Notes under the pieces: model-generated
Database searches by the model: none
What the model saw: only the letters and a program-made list of their open reading frames with translations
What the model was told of the DNA's origin: nothing
Virus record (IMG/VR): IMGVR_UViG_3300017963_000025
Span: 21,382-85,381 of that record
Length of the DNA stretch: 64,000 bases
DNA from: a virus
Reading direction: 5' to 3' (one strand)
Part shown: positions 38,947 through 47,072 of the stretch, piece after piece
How positions within the stretch are numbered: the stretch's first letter is position 1
Layout of the letters: each line of letters starts with the position of its first letter
Position numbers and translations under genes: made by a program

Positions 38947-39138
38947 ATGTCAAAGGTAATCTGGCTGAGAGGTGCGGACACCAAGAAACACGCATTTGTT
39001 GACAAATACGCGACCAGTGCTTTGTGTGGCAAACAACGGGAGGCAAAAAACTGGATCATTTTAAGGCATCGCACGAAGAAATGCCCGCGCTGCATGAAAA
39101 TTATGAAAGACTATGACAACTGCGGAGGAACCGAATGA
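38947..39138 (+). CDS. small Zn-binding protein
   Basis: KHAF..ALCG..CPRC. Confidence 0.5.
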   Translation: MSKVIWLRGADTKKHAFVDKYATSALCGKQREAKNWIILRHRTKKCPRCMKIMKDYDNCGGTE

Positions 39139-39808
39139 AAGCACCGTTCCCCTACTTCGGCGGAAAAAGCAAGGTGGCATCGTTTGTCTGGGCCGCGCTC
39201 GGTGACCCGGAACACTACATGGAGCCATTTTTCGGGTCCGCGGTGTTGCTGAACCGTCCCAGATGGACACCGGATCGAAATTACAGCGAAACCGTGTGCG
39301 ACAAAGACGGATTTCTTGCCAATGTGTGGCGGGGAATACAAATACACCCGGAGGAAGTGGCAAAGTGGTGTGACTGGCCGATAAACGATTACGCCACGTC
39401 CGTGTGGTATGCGGGGACTTTGAGCGAATTCTCGGCGGGAATTGGCAAGACAAATCCTGGAAATCCGTGGGGATTTTCTTTGACCCGCCCTACGGGGACC
39501 CTGACAGAGAGGCTGGTCTGTATGAGGAAGACGGGTTCGACATTGCGGAACGGGTGGAGGCATGGTGCCTGAAACGATACAAGAAAAAATCACACCGAAT
39601 CGTGGTCGCCGGGTATGACACCAAATACGAAAAGCTGGTTGATGCCGGGTGGAGACGGGTTCGGTGGTCCGCCCAAGGCGGGTATGCAAGTACGGGAAAA
39701 TCGGAAAGGGGAAAAACAAACCGACACCGGGAAATGCTGTTTGTTTCTCCCCATTGTAAAATCACTCCCATATTAAGAATGATAAGAAAGGGGAATGTGA
39801 GTCAATGA
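39135..39808 (+). pseudogene. Dam/D12-like adenine methyltransferase, split by frameshift at ~39385
   Basis: Frame A: PYFGGKS, EPFFGS..DWPIN; -1 frame: RLRHVRVVCGDF, FFDPPY, RHREMLF.SPHC. Confidence 0.75.
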
Positions 39809-40263
39809 AAAAGACGTTTGAAGAGGTGATCAATTGGATCGGTACGCAGAATAAAACGGACAAACATAATCTGGAAAAAATGGCGGATTACGGATACCAA
39901 CTGAGCAGAATGAAAGACACCGTGTCCAAAGCATGGGAAAAATGGCGTAGAAAAATGATCGACTATGCGGACGGAACAAACACAACGATTGGCACGGAAA
40001 ACGGAATTACCGTGCGCATTGCGCATGGAAACCGCTACGAGTATGGCACCCCCGCAGAACTTATAAAATTGCTTGAAAAAGAGGGAAAGACCCACCTGTT
40101 GGACCATCTACTGAAAGTGAACACCGGGAAACTAAAAGCAATGTTGGGTGAGGAAACTCTGCGTGAATATGATTTTGTTCAAACATTTCCGCAGGAGGGG
40201 GCACCGACCATTCGGTTTTCGAAACATCCGAACCAAGGGATCGCGGAATCAGTGACAGAATAA
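39805..40263 (+). CDS. hypothetical protein
   Basis: 152 aa, ATGA overlap, terminator after. Confidence 0.6.
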   Translation: MKKTFEEVINWIGTQNKTDKHNLEKMADYGYQLSRMKDTVSKAWEKWRRKMIDYADGTNTTIGTENGITVRIAHGNRYEYGTPAELIKLLEKEGKTHLLDHLLKVNTGKLKAMLGEETLREYDFVQTFPQEGAPTIRFSKHPNQGIAESVTE

Positions 40264-40292
40264 CGGTCCCAAACACCGTCGGGTTTCCCAGT

Positions 40293-40333
40293 AAAACCGT
40301 GCATTTGTGCCTGTCACATTGCACGGTTTTTTT
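40293..40333 (+). terminator. intrinsic terminator
   Basis: AAAACCGTGCA..TGCACGG followed by T7. Confidence 0.7.
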
Positions 40334-40535
40334 ATTTACATATTTGAAATTCGTATAATTCTCACACAATGTGATAGCACATATCCCCCCAATTTTCCCC
40401 CAAATTTATTTAATTTGTCTAACACTCCGTATTTCCTATAAAATTCTATCACCTTCCGTCGCTCAGTTTGAAATGAGTTGACAAAGTATTGTATATGTCA
40501 ATTGATACTATTGATATTTTCGATACGAGTCGGAG

Positions 40536-41117
40536 GTGGACGTGATTAAAAATTACCGATTGAAATCCGAAGAAAAACGGTTGGTCGTTTCCGAGGTGTA
40601 TGTTCCCGGCGATGTGGATTTGCAGGGGGATATGATGAGCGTTGAACAAGTGGAAAAAATGGCCTTCGAATTTATGAAAAACCAGCGCACCGGCAATGTG
40701 GACGTGAATCATGACTTCACCCCATCCGGTGCGTTTGTTGTTGAATCATGGATTGCCCGCCCCAACGATCCGGACGGGTTCAGGGAAGGGGCATGGGCCG
40801 TAACAATCCATATTCCGGATGACACCCTGTGGGCCAAGGTAAAATCCGGCGACCTGAATGCCCTTTCCATGGCTGGTAAGACCAAAACCGAATCCGGAAA
40901 ACAGGTGGTGTCCCTCATTACCGGGCTGGACGGATTTACCGAAAAATCCGCCTGTCCGGGGTTACCAGAACATCGGCATCCGGTCAGTGTGGCATGGAAG
41001 GACGGCGAAATCGGTGGAAAAACCGAAATCGCGTTTGATCACGACCACGACATCATTTCACTATCCGCCACCGGGGAAACACTCGGACATGCCCACCGGT
41101 TGGTGGTGGAGGATTAG
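40536..41117 (+). CDS. XkdF-like prohead protease
   Basis: EEKRLV..EVYVP...D.QGD.M..E.VEK.A..FM..VDVNH..VVESWI..GAW..LSMAG. Confidence 0.8.
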   Translation: MDVIKNYRLKSEEKRLVVSEVYVPGDVDLQGDMMSVEQVEKMAFEFMKNQRTGNVDVNHDFTPSGAFVVESWIARPNDPDGFREGAWAVTIHIPDDTLWAKVKSGDLNALSMAGKTKTESGKQVVSLITGLDGFTEKSACPGLPEHRHPVSVAWKDGEIGGKTEIAFDHDHDIISLSATGETLGHAHRLVVED

Positions 41118-41119
41118 CC

Positions 41120-42097
41120 ATGCCAGTCAGAGCGTCCAAAATACAAAAAGAGGAAGATGTGACTATGTTGGCAGACATGGACGTGCGATACATTTCTTTG
41201 GTGCCGCACGGTGCGAACGGTCGCAGTTTCCGCGTTGTCAAAAAATACGAAAAGGAGTCATTGACTATGAAATCAATTCACCGAATTATTTCTCATGGGA
41301 AAACACCCTATGCGGATATTGTTAAAAACAATCCGTGGCTGCAATCCCTTGGGGGGGATGTCGTAAAAACGGATAATGGGTGGTACGTCGAGCATTTGCC
41401 ACAAGACCAGTTTGCGGAAAAATCCTGGCAGATTCAAAAAATCACGGAGGATGTGTTTATCCTGTCCGGTGAACTCACCACGGACAGGGCGGATGCAGTG
41501 ATCCCGCCGGACACTACGAAATCCATTGGCGTGGCCGCCATGGATGCCCAGGTAAAAACAGGGGAGACGAAAAAAAGCGAACTCACCAGACCGTTCGGGG
41601 AGATGGTCGGAACGGAAACTGACGCGTTGCTCGGCGTGGTATTTGGCGCACTGAAGCAAACGGCGGGGAACGGGAAAAGCCGAAAGAAAACCGTGCTGAA
41701 CGCGATTGATGCCTATCGGGAATTCATGGATTCCGGATTGGACATGATCGGTGCGGAGGCATTGGAATTGTCCTACCCGGCCACACCGGCCCCGGAAGAC
41801 ACTTCGGATGTTGTGCAAACGGAATTTGTTGAAATCACCAACCCCACGGATGACGTGGTGAAGCTGGTGGAAACCCTGAAAGGCGCGGGGGTATTCCCCA
41901 AACTACCGGAAGAAAATCCGGAGGTGGCCGAACTGAAAACCACGATTGCCGAACTGACGGAAAGGGTGAAAAATTTGTCTGGGCAACCCACTGCGATATC
42001 GGCATCTGTCGAGGATGACGATGTAACAGCAGGCACGTCCGCAACCACAACCGAACCGGACCCGGATGAAAAACTTTTCAGTGGGGTACTGGTTTAA
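41120..42097 (+). CDS. capsid scaffold/assembly protein
   Basis: ISLVPHGANGRSF N-terminus, coiled-coil C-terminus, between protease and capsid. Confidence 0.6.
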   Translation: MPVRASKIQKEEDVTMLADMDVRYISLVPHGANGRSFRVVKKYEKESLTMKSIHRIISHGKTPYADIVKNNPWLQSLGGDVVKTDNGWYVEHLPQDQFAEKSWQIQKITEDVFILSGELTTDRADAVIPPDTTKSIGVAAMDAQVKTGETKKSELTRPFGEMVGTETDALLGVVFGALKQTAGNGKSRKKTVLNAIDAYREFMDSGLDMIGAEALELSYPATPAPEDTSDVVQTEFVEITNPTDDVVKLVETLKGAGVFPKLPEENPEVAELKTTIAELTERVKNLSGQPTAISASVEDDDVTAGTSATTTEPDPDEKLFSGVLV

Positions 42098-42115
42098 TCC
42101 GCAAACGTTTGCGGA
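42098..42115. repeat. 18-bp palindrome copy 13
   Basis: Exact; abuts scaffold stop, before capsid RBS. Confidence 0.95.
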
Positions 42116-42148
42116 TGACCCAAAAAAATTCGACGGAGGATATATATT

Positions 42149-43069
42149 ATGAAAGGTTCGAAAATTGTTGAAAAAGCGGACATCGCAGTCAGCAATCTGA
42201 TTAGCGACGGCGGATATCTCAACCCGGAACAGTCTGACCGGTTCATCCAAATGCTGCAAGACCAGCCCACCATTCTCAGGGCTGTACGTACCGTACGTAT
42301 GAACGCGCCACAACGGAAAATTGAGAAAATCGGATTCGGTTCTCGTATTCTACGGGCCGCGCCGGCCAGTGGCACCGCGCTTGCCGCAGGGGACCGAAGT
42401 GCGCCCACTACGGATATGGTAACACTCACCACCAAAGAGGTGATTGCCCAGGTCAATCTGCCCTATGACGTGCTCGAAGACAATATCGAGCGGGGCAACC
42501 TGAATTCAACCATCATGAGCATGATGGCTGAACGGGTGGCACTGGACAGTGAGGAGTGGTTGCTTTTGGCGGACACCGGGTCAGGGGATGCGTTTCTGGC
42601 GCTGGCGGACGGTGCCATTGTCAGCGCAACGGATCATGTAATTGACGAAACCGCCGCACCGGTGGCTGTCACAAAGGGCATTTTCAAAGAGGGTATCAAG
42701 GCGCTTCCGAACAAATACCAGCGAGTGAGAAACCAACTCAGATTTATGGTGTCCCCCGATGTCGCCACCGAATGGATTGACGAATTTGCGGATCGGGAAA
42801 CGGCGGAAGGCGACGCTAAAATGAAAGGGGGAGGGATCAACCCGGCCTATGGCGTTCCGCTGATGATATCCGCGCTGATGCCAAACAATACCTATCTGCT
42901 TACCTTTCCCCAGAACATGATTTGGGGCGTACAACGTCAGATCATGGTAGAAACAGACAAAGACATTGAAACACGGGTATATAAGATCGTGCTGACCATG
43001 CGGATGGATTTTGCCTATGAGGAAACCGACGCAGTGGTAAAATTTATCGGCATTAATCCGGATGCGTAA
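42149..43069 (+). CDS. major capsid protein (HK97 fold, XkdG-like)
   Basis: GGYLNPEQSDRFI, KIGFGSRIL, LEDNIE, N.IWGVQRQI. Confidence 0.9.
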   Translation: MKGSKIVEKADIAVSNLISDGGYLNPEQSDRFIQMLQDQPTILRAVRTVRMNAPQRKIEKIGFGSRILRAAPASGTALAAGDRSAPTTDMVTLTTKEVIAQVNLPYDVLEDNIERGNLNSTIMSMMAERVALDSEEWLLLADTGSGDAFLALADGAIVSATDHVIDETAAPVAVTKGIFKEGIKALPNKYQRVRNQLRFMVSPDVATEWIDEFADRETAEGDAKMKGGGINPAYGVPLMISALMPNNTYLLTFPQNMIWGVQRQIMVETDKDIETRVYKIVLTMRMDFAYEETDAVVKFIGINPDA

Positions 43070-43093
43070 GCCAGAAAGAGGGAGGCAAATAAT

Positions 43094-43411
43094 ATGAGAC
43101 AAGCCGAACTCATGATAGGTAAAATATATACCGTGATGGGAGAGGACGGCACCCGGTATGTGTTTAAAATCGGGGAACCGGTAATGATCGATGATACCAC
43201 CCCGTCCGGGCAACGGTTACTGGAAAAATTGTCGGTAATGATGATCCGGGGAAAGCCCCAATTCAGTATCGGGTGGAAAGATACGGGAATGGCAACGGCA
43301 AATACGGAAACTGCGGAGGAGGAAAGTCCGTCTCCGCAGAAGAAAGTGGCCAAGACCAGAAAACCAAAACGACCGGCCAAGGCTGCGCCGGGTCAGAACG
43401 AGCTTGACTAA
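43094..43411 (+). CDS. hypothetical head-associated protein
   Basis: Position after capsid gene, GGAGG RBS. Confidence 0.55.
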   Translation: MRQAELMIGKIYTVMGEDGTRYVFKIGEPVMIDDTTPSGQRLLEKLSVMMIRGKPQFSIGWKDTGMATANTETAEEESPSPQKKVAKTRKPKRPAKAAPGQNELD

Positions 43412-43968
43412 TGCTGACCCTTGTTACCGCCGTGGGCGGCCCGGATTCAAATTCGTACATCACACTAAACGAGTTTGAGGAAATTTCCGAATTGTTGCGC
43501 ATGCCATTGGATGACTGGCGGCAAACATGCACGGAGGAGGGGCAATCCTTCCGCATTATTTGCGGGGCGAACATGACGGACGGATTGCCGTGGAGAGGCA
43601 AAAAAGTGTATTGCGGCCAGCGCATGGCCTTTCCGCGCACCTCCCAGATGACGGACCATACGGATACGACGGAGGCCGCGCCCACGGTAATCCCGGAAGA
43701 AATAAAGATTGTTCAGGTCCGTATGGTTCACATCATTACGGATTATGTTCAATATGGGGAAACCAACGACGGGGATGTGGGGCCGGATGTATCGCAACTA
43801 AGCCTTTCCGGTTTGTTAAGTGTGTCTTTCCGGGGAACCGGGGGGAGCGAACTGACTCGGACGATTCGGGATAGTTCGGAGGTCGTGGGGATGTTGGCAA
43901 AAAAATATCTGTCCTCGGTTCGCGGACGACCGGTGACATTCGCCTGTCGGGAGTATGTAGCCCCATGA
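43411..43968 (+). CDS. head-tail adaptor (DnaT-like family)
   Basis: GGPDSNSYIT, W.GKK...Q.MAFPR, IPEEIK..Q. Confidence 0.7.
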   Translation: MLTLVTAVGGPDSNSYITLNEFEEISELLRMPLDDWRQTCTEEGQSFRIICGANMTDGLPWRGKKVYCGQRMAFPRTSQMTDHTDTTEAAPTVIPEEIKIVQVRMVHIITDYVQYGETNDGDVGPDVSQLSLSGLLSVSFRGTGGSELTRTIRDSSEVVGMLAKKYLSSVRGRPVTFACREYVAP

Positions 43969-44360
43969 CCACGCTGTCCGTCGCACTGAAACGATTACCG
44001 GGAATTATCTCAAACGTGATCGGAACTCAAGGATTGAAGCGCACTGTCACATATCAAAAGTATTCCGAAACCGTGTTTGACGAAGCCGAGGGGGCGAACG
44101 TTGACACGTATACGGACATATCCATCCCGATCACCGCCGTATTGCAGCATACGGAGGACACCAAAAAACTGGTCGGGGCCGAGTCGGACGTGCAATCCGG
44201 GGATTCGGTATATGTGATATTGCAAACACATCTGGGGGATTTGACGGATTTGAGTGTTCGTGACCGAATCGTGGAAAACGGTCAGGCATATCCGGTAAAG
44301 GACGTTGCCAAGGTACAGGACATCGTGGTGTATGTCACGGTGGAAGGTGGTCCGTTGTGA
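43965..44360 (+). CDS. head closure/stopper-like protein
   Basis: Synteny; DRIVENGQAY.V..V. Confidence 0.55.
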   Translation: MTTLSVALKRLPGIISNVIGTQGLKRTVTYQKYSETVFDEAEGANVDTYTDISIPITAVLQHTEDTKKLVGAESDVQSGDSVYVILQTHLGDLTDLSVRDRIVENGQAYPVKDVAKVQDIVVYVTVEGGPL

Positions 44361-44379
44361 GCCATAAGGAGAATCCGTT

Positions 44380-44793
44380 GTGAGCCATACTCTCACTGTT
44401 GATGGCTTGGATGAAGTAATTGCCGGGGTGGCACGTATGCTGCAACTGGATACGGCCACACGGGAAGTGCTTCGATCCAGCACTGAAAAGCTGAAAACGA
44501 TGGTTCAGGGAGATACGCCGGTCGGTATCGGCCCCACCAAAGGCCAGTTGAAATCCGGGTGGAGCGGGGTTACCGAGGGGTATGGCGGATTCACATTTCA
44601 AAACCCGGTGCCTTATGCCGCCGTACTTGAAAGGGGGTTGTACCCTGGGGTGGGTCCGCGAACGGTGAAAACCGGCAAGGGCATATTTTCCAGACAGGCA
44701 CCGGATGGCATGACCGCCGCGATTACGGAGGCAGAGGCGGCCAAAATCGTGCAGTATGTCGCCGCCGAAATTGAGAGGTTGTCGCGTGGATAG
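44380..44793 (+). CDS. HK97 gp10-like neck protein
   Basis: VDGLDE, TPVG..GQLKSGW, NPVPYAAVLE.G. Confidence 0.7.
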   Translation: MSHTLTVDGLDEVIAGVARMLQLDTATREVLRSSTEKLKTMVQGDTPVGIGPTKGQLKSGWSGVTEGYGGFTFQNPVPYAAVLERGLYPGVGPRTVKTGKGIFSRQAPDGMTAAITEAEAAKIVQYVAAEIERLSRG

Positions 44794-45253
44794 AAATGAA
44801 ATCATTGTGGAGATTCAGCGACGTATTGCCACCCACGGGATCGTGACCCAATGTGACCGGAATCCGAGCCGGGGGTCAACACACAAGACCTATCCGTATG
44901 CCGCAATCCATGAGCATGATGATTTGGCGGACGGATACGCCACCCGGAACAGTACGGCCACCCGGATGGGTCTTGATGTGACCGTGGAATTGTTTTTTAT
45001 CCCCCCGGACAACCCCAACAAGGGGAGTACGGAGATCGTATGGAATGCGAAGCGAGTAAAAAACATCATTCTGTACAACACCAATGAAATTGATATTTCG
45101 GACGGGATGACACCGGAGCAACCCAACCTCGGGGGGAAATGCGCGGAAATTCGTCACAAGGGCAGGAGCAAAATTTTGTCCGTGATTGACGAGGACGGAA
45201 ACACGCTAAACGGAATCGGACTTTGGTTCCATATCAAATATATTGAAACGTAA
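44786..45253 (+). CDS. tail terminator-like protein
   Basis: Synteny before tail tube; R.EII.EI..RI, YP.AAI. Confidence 0.55.
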   Translation: MDRNEIIVEIQRRIATHGIVTQCDRNPSRGSTHKTYPYAAIHEHDDLADGYATRNSTATRMGLDVTVELFFIPPDNPNKGSTEIVWNAKRVKNIILYNTNEIDISDGMTPEQPNLGGKCAEIRHKGRSKILSVIDEDGNTLNGIGLWFHIKYIET

Positions 45254-45256
45254 CCG

Positions 45257-45274
45257 TCCGCAAACGTTTGCGGA
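45257..45274. repeat. 18-bp palindrome copy 14
   Basis: Exact; TAA-CCG-palindrome before tail tube. Confidence 0.95.
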
Positions 45275-45295
45275 CGACACAGGGAGGTAAATATC

Positions 45296-46306
45296 ATGAC
45301 AGCACCTGTTACGCACAGTGCGGATAACTACAGCCTGGGAAAAGGGATCGGTTATTTCGACAAGATGGAAAACGGAAATTACACCGGTGAAATGGACCTG
45401 GGCAATTGCTCGGCACTGACTTGGAACGTGGATGTTGAAAAACTGGCCCATTTTTCCAGTCGAAGCGGGATGAGAAAAAAAGACAAAGAAATCACGGTGC
45501 AGGTGACCCCGCGATTTACGGCCACGGCGGACGAACTTACGCCGGACCTGATGTCCATGATGGGGATGGGCGAAATCACCCGGATGGTTCAGGCAGCGGG
45601 AGAGAGTAGTGTCACCGTTACCACGAAAAAAAATCGGTATTTCAAAGTTGGAACGCAACGAAACATCGGGATTACCGTGCTCCAATACAAAAACGGCGAT
45701 TCTGCGTGGAATTTGGACGCCACCGTATCCGGTGCCACCGGGAGCGGGACCATTGTCGGGATTGAGATTACGTCCGGCACACCGGCTGGCGGGGACGAAG
45801 CGGGATACCTGCTTTTGCAAAGTGTCACCCCCGGATTCGTGGCAGACGAGGCGATCACCGACGACGGCACCACCCCCGGTTCCGGTGACGCGGTGGCCCC
45901 CGAATCCTTTGACAGTACCCGATTCAGTGTGCGGGAGGGGAGCACCGAATATGTCAGAGGCACGGATTTCAGCGTGGACGGCACGACCGGACGAATATTC
46001 ATTCTGGCAGATTCCACGATTGCGGACGACACCAGTGTCACCGTTTATTACGGATATGAGGCCACCGAGTGGAGCCAGATCAAATGCTACGAGGACAGCC
46101 AGATCGAAGGCGCGTTCCGATTTGTTCAGGACAATCCCACCGGGATCAACAAATCCTTTTACGCACCGAAGGTGTCCGTGGCTCCGTCCGGGGACGTACC
46201 GTTGGTCGGAGAGGATTGGGAAACCATTACCCTTGAATTCGAAGTGTTGGCGGACGCAAACGGGGATTACATCTTCCTTGATATTCCGGACGAGGTGGTG
46301 ACCTAA
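45296..46306 (+). CDS. major tail tube protein
   Basis: NYSLGKG, DLGNC, HFSSRSG.R.KD, DNP.G, P.GD..L..EDW. Confidence 0.8.
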   Translation: MTAPVTHSADNYSLGKGIGYFDKMENGNYTGEMDLGNCSALTWNVDVEKLAHFSSRSGMRKKDKEITVQVTPRFTATADELTPDLMSMMGMGEITRMVQAAGESSVTVTTKKNRYFKVGTQRNIGITVLQYKNGDSAWNLDATVSGATGSGTIVGIEITSGTPAGGDEAGYLLLQSVTPGFVADEAITDDGTTPGSGDAVAPESFDSTRFSVREGSTEYVRGTDFSVDGTTGRIFILADSTIADDTSVTVYYGYEATEWSQIKCYEDSQIEGAFRFVQDNPTGINKSFYAPKVSVAPSGDVPLVGEDWETITLEFEVLADANGDYIFLDIPDEVVT

Positions 46307-46308
46307 TT

Positions 46309-46797
46309 ATGACGGAACCAAAACGACTGACCGACTCGGATTGGGAGACGTTGCTCCCGTCCGAGTCGGTGACGATTGCGGAAGGGGTGTCCGTGCGATT
46401 GCAACCAATGGGTATTGCGGATATCTGGGTGGCGGTAAGACTGGTGTACAATGTGTTTGATCACATTGTCACACCGGTGACCGAAGTATTGAAAAACCAG
46501 GAGGACACCCAGGATATGATTGCCCGTGTCCGGCAAATCCTGACTCACGCGGATGTGCTGAATGTGTTACAGCGCGAAGCACCGGAATTGTTGGAACGGG
46601 CTACCGGTATCCATCGGGAGGATTTGCGGAAGATGCCCCCCGCACCTTTTTCGAAGTTAATGATTGGTGTGGCGGATATCAATCTGAAAAGCCACGAAGA
46701 ACTGTCAAAAAACTTGGGATGCTTGGCGGATCGTCTGAAGATGATCAGGCAGGGTCCGGACACCGGTGGGGCATCGGTGAAGCCGTCGAGCATTTGA
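46309..46797 (+). CDS. tail assembly chaperone (G)
   Basis: Between tube and tape measure; contains A AAA AAC slippery site. Confidence 0.75.
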   Translation: MTEPKRLTDSDWETLLPSESVTIAEGVSVRLQPMGIADIWVAVRLVYNVFDHIVTPVTEVLKNQEDTQDMIARVRQILTHADVLNVLQREAPELLERATGIHREDLRKMPPAPFSKLMIGVADINLKSHEELSKNLGCLADRLKMIRQGPDTGGASVKPSSI

Positions 46798-47066
46798 TCG
46801 AAGCCGGACACAGTTTCGAATCAATCAAATCTTATAGTCTCGGTCAAATCGGGCTATTTATGCGAAGTTCTGTCAATCTGCGAAAAAGCAGGGATACGGA
46901 ACTGATGACCATGCATCGGTTAGCCTATCACGCCACCGCCGAATCATTCATGAAATTGGTTCGGGGGGAGGAAACCGGAAATTCTCCGGAACCGACCAAA
47001 AAAGAGGTGGAGGACGGGTGGGCCAAATTGAAAAAACTGGCGGGACGAATTAACAGGCGAGGATAA
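46707..47066 (+). CDS. tail assembly chaperone -1 frameshift extension (GT)
   Basis: A AAA AAC at 46707-46713 leads into -1 frame open to 47066 (LIEAGH.FESIKSYSLGQIGLF). Confidence 0.75.
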   Translation, partial: KKLGMLGGSSEDDQAGSGHRWGIGEAVEHLIEAGHSFESIKSYSLGQIGLFMRSSVNLRKSRDTELMTMHRLAYHATAESFMKLVRGEETGNSPEPTKKEVEDGWAKLKKLAGRINRRG

Positions 47067-47072
47067 AGACGG

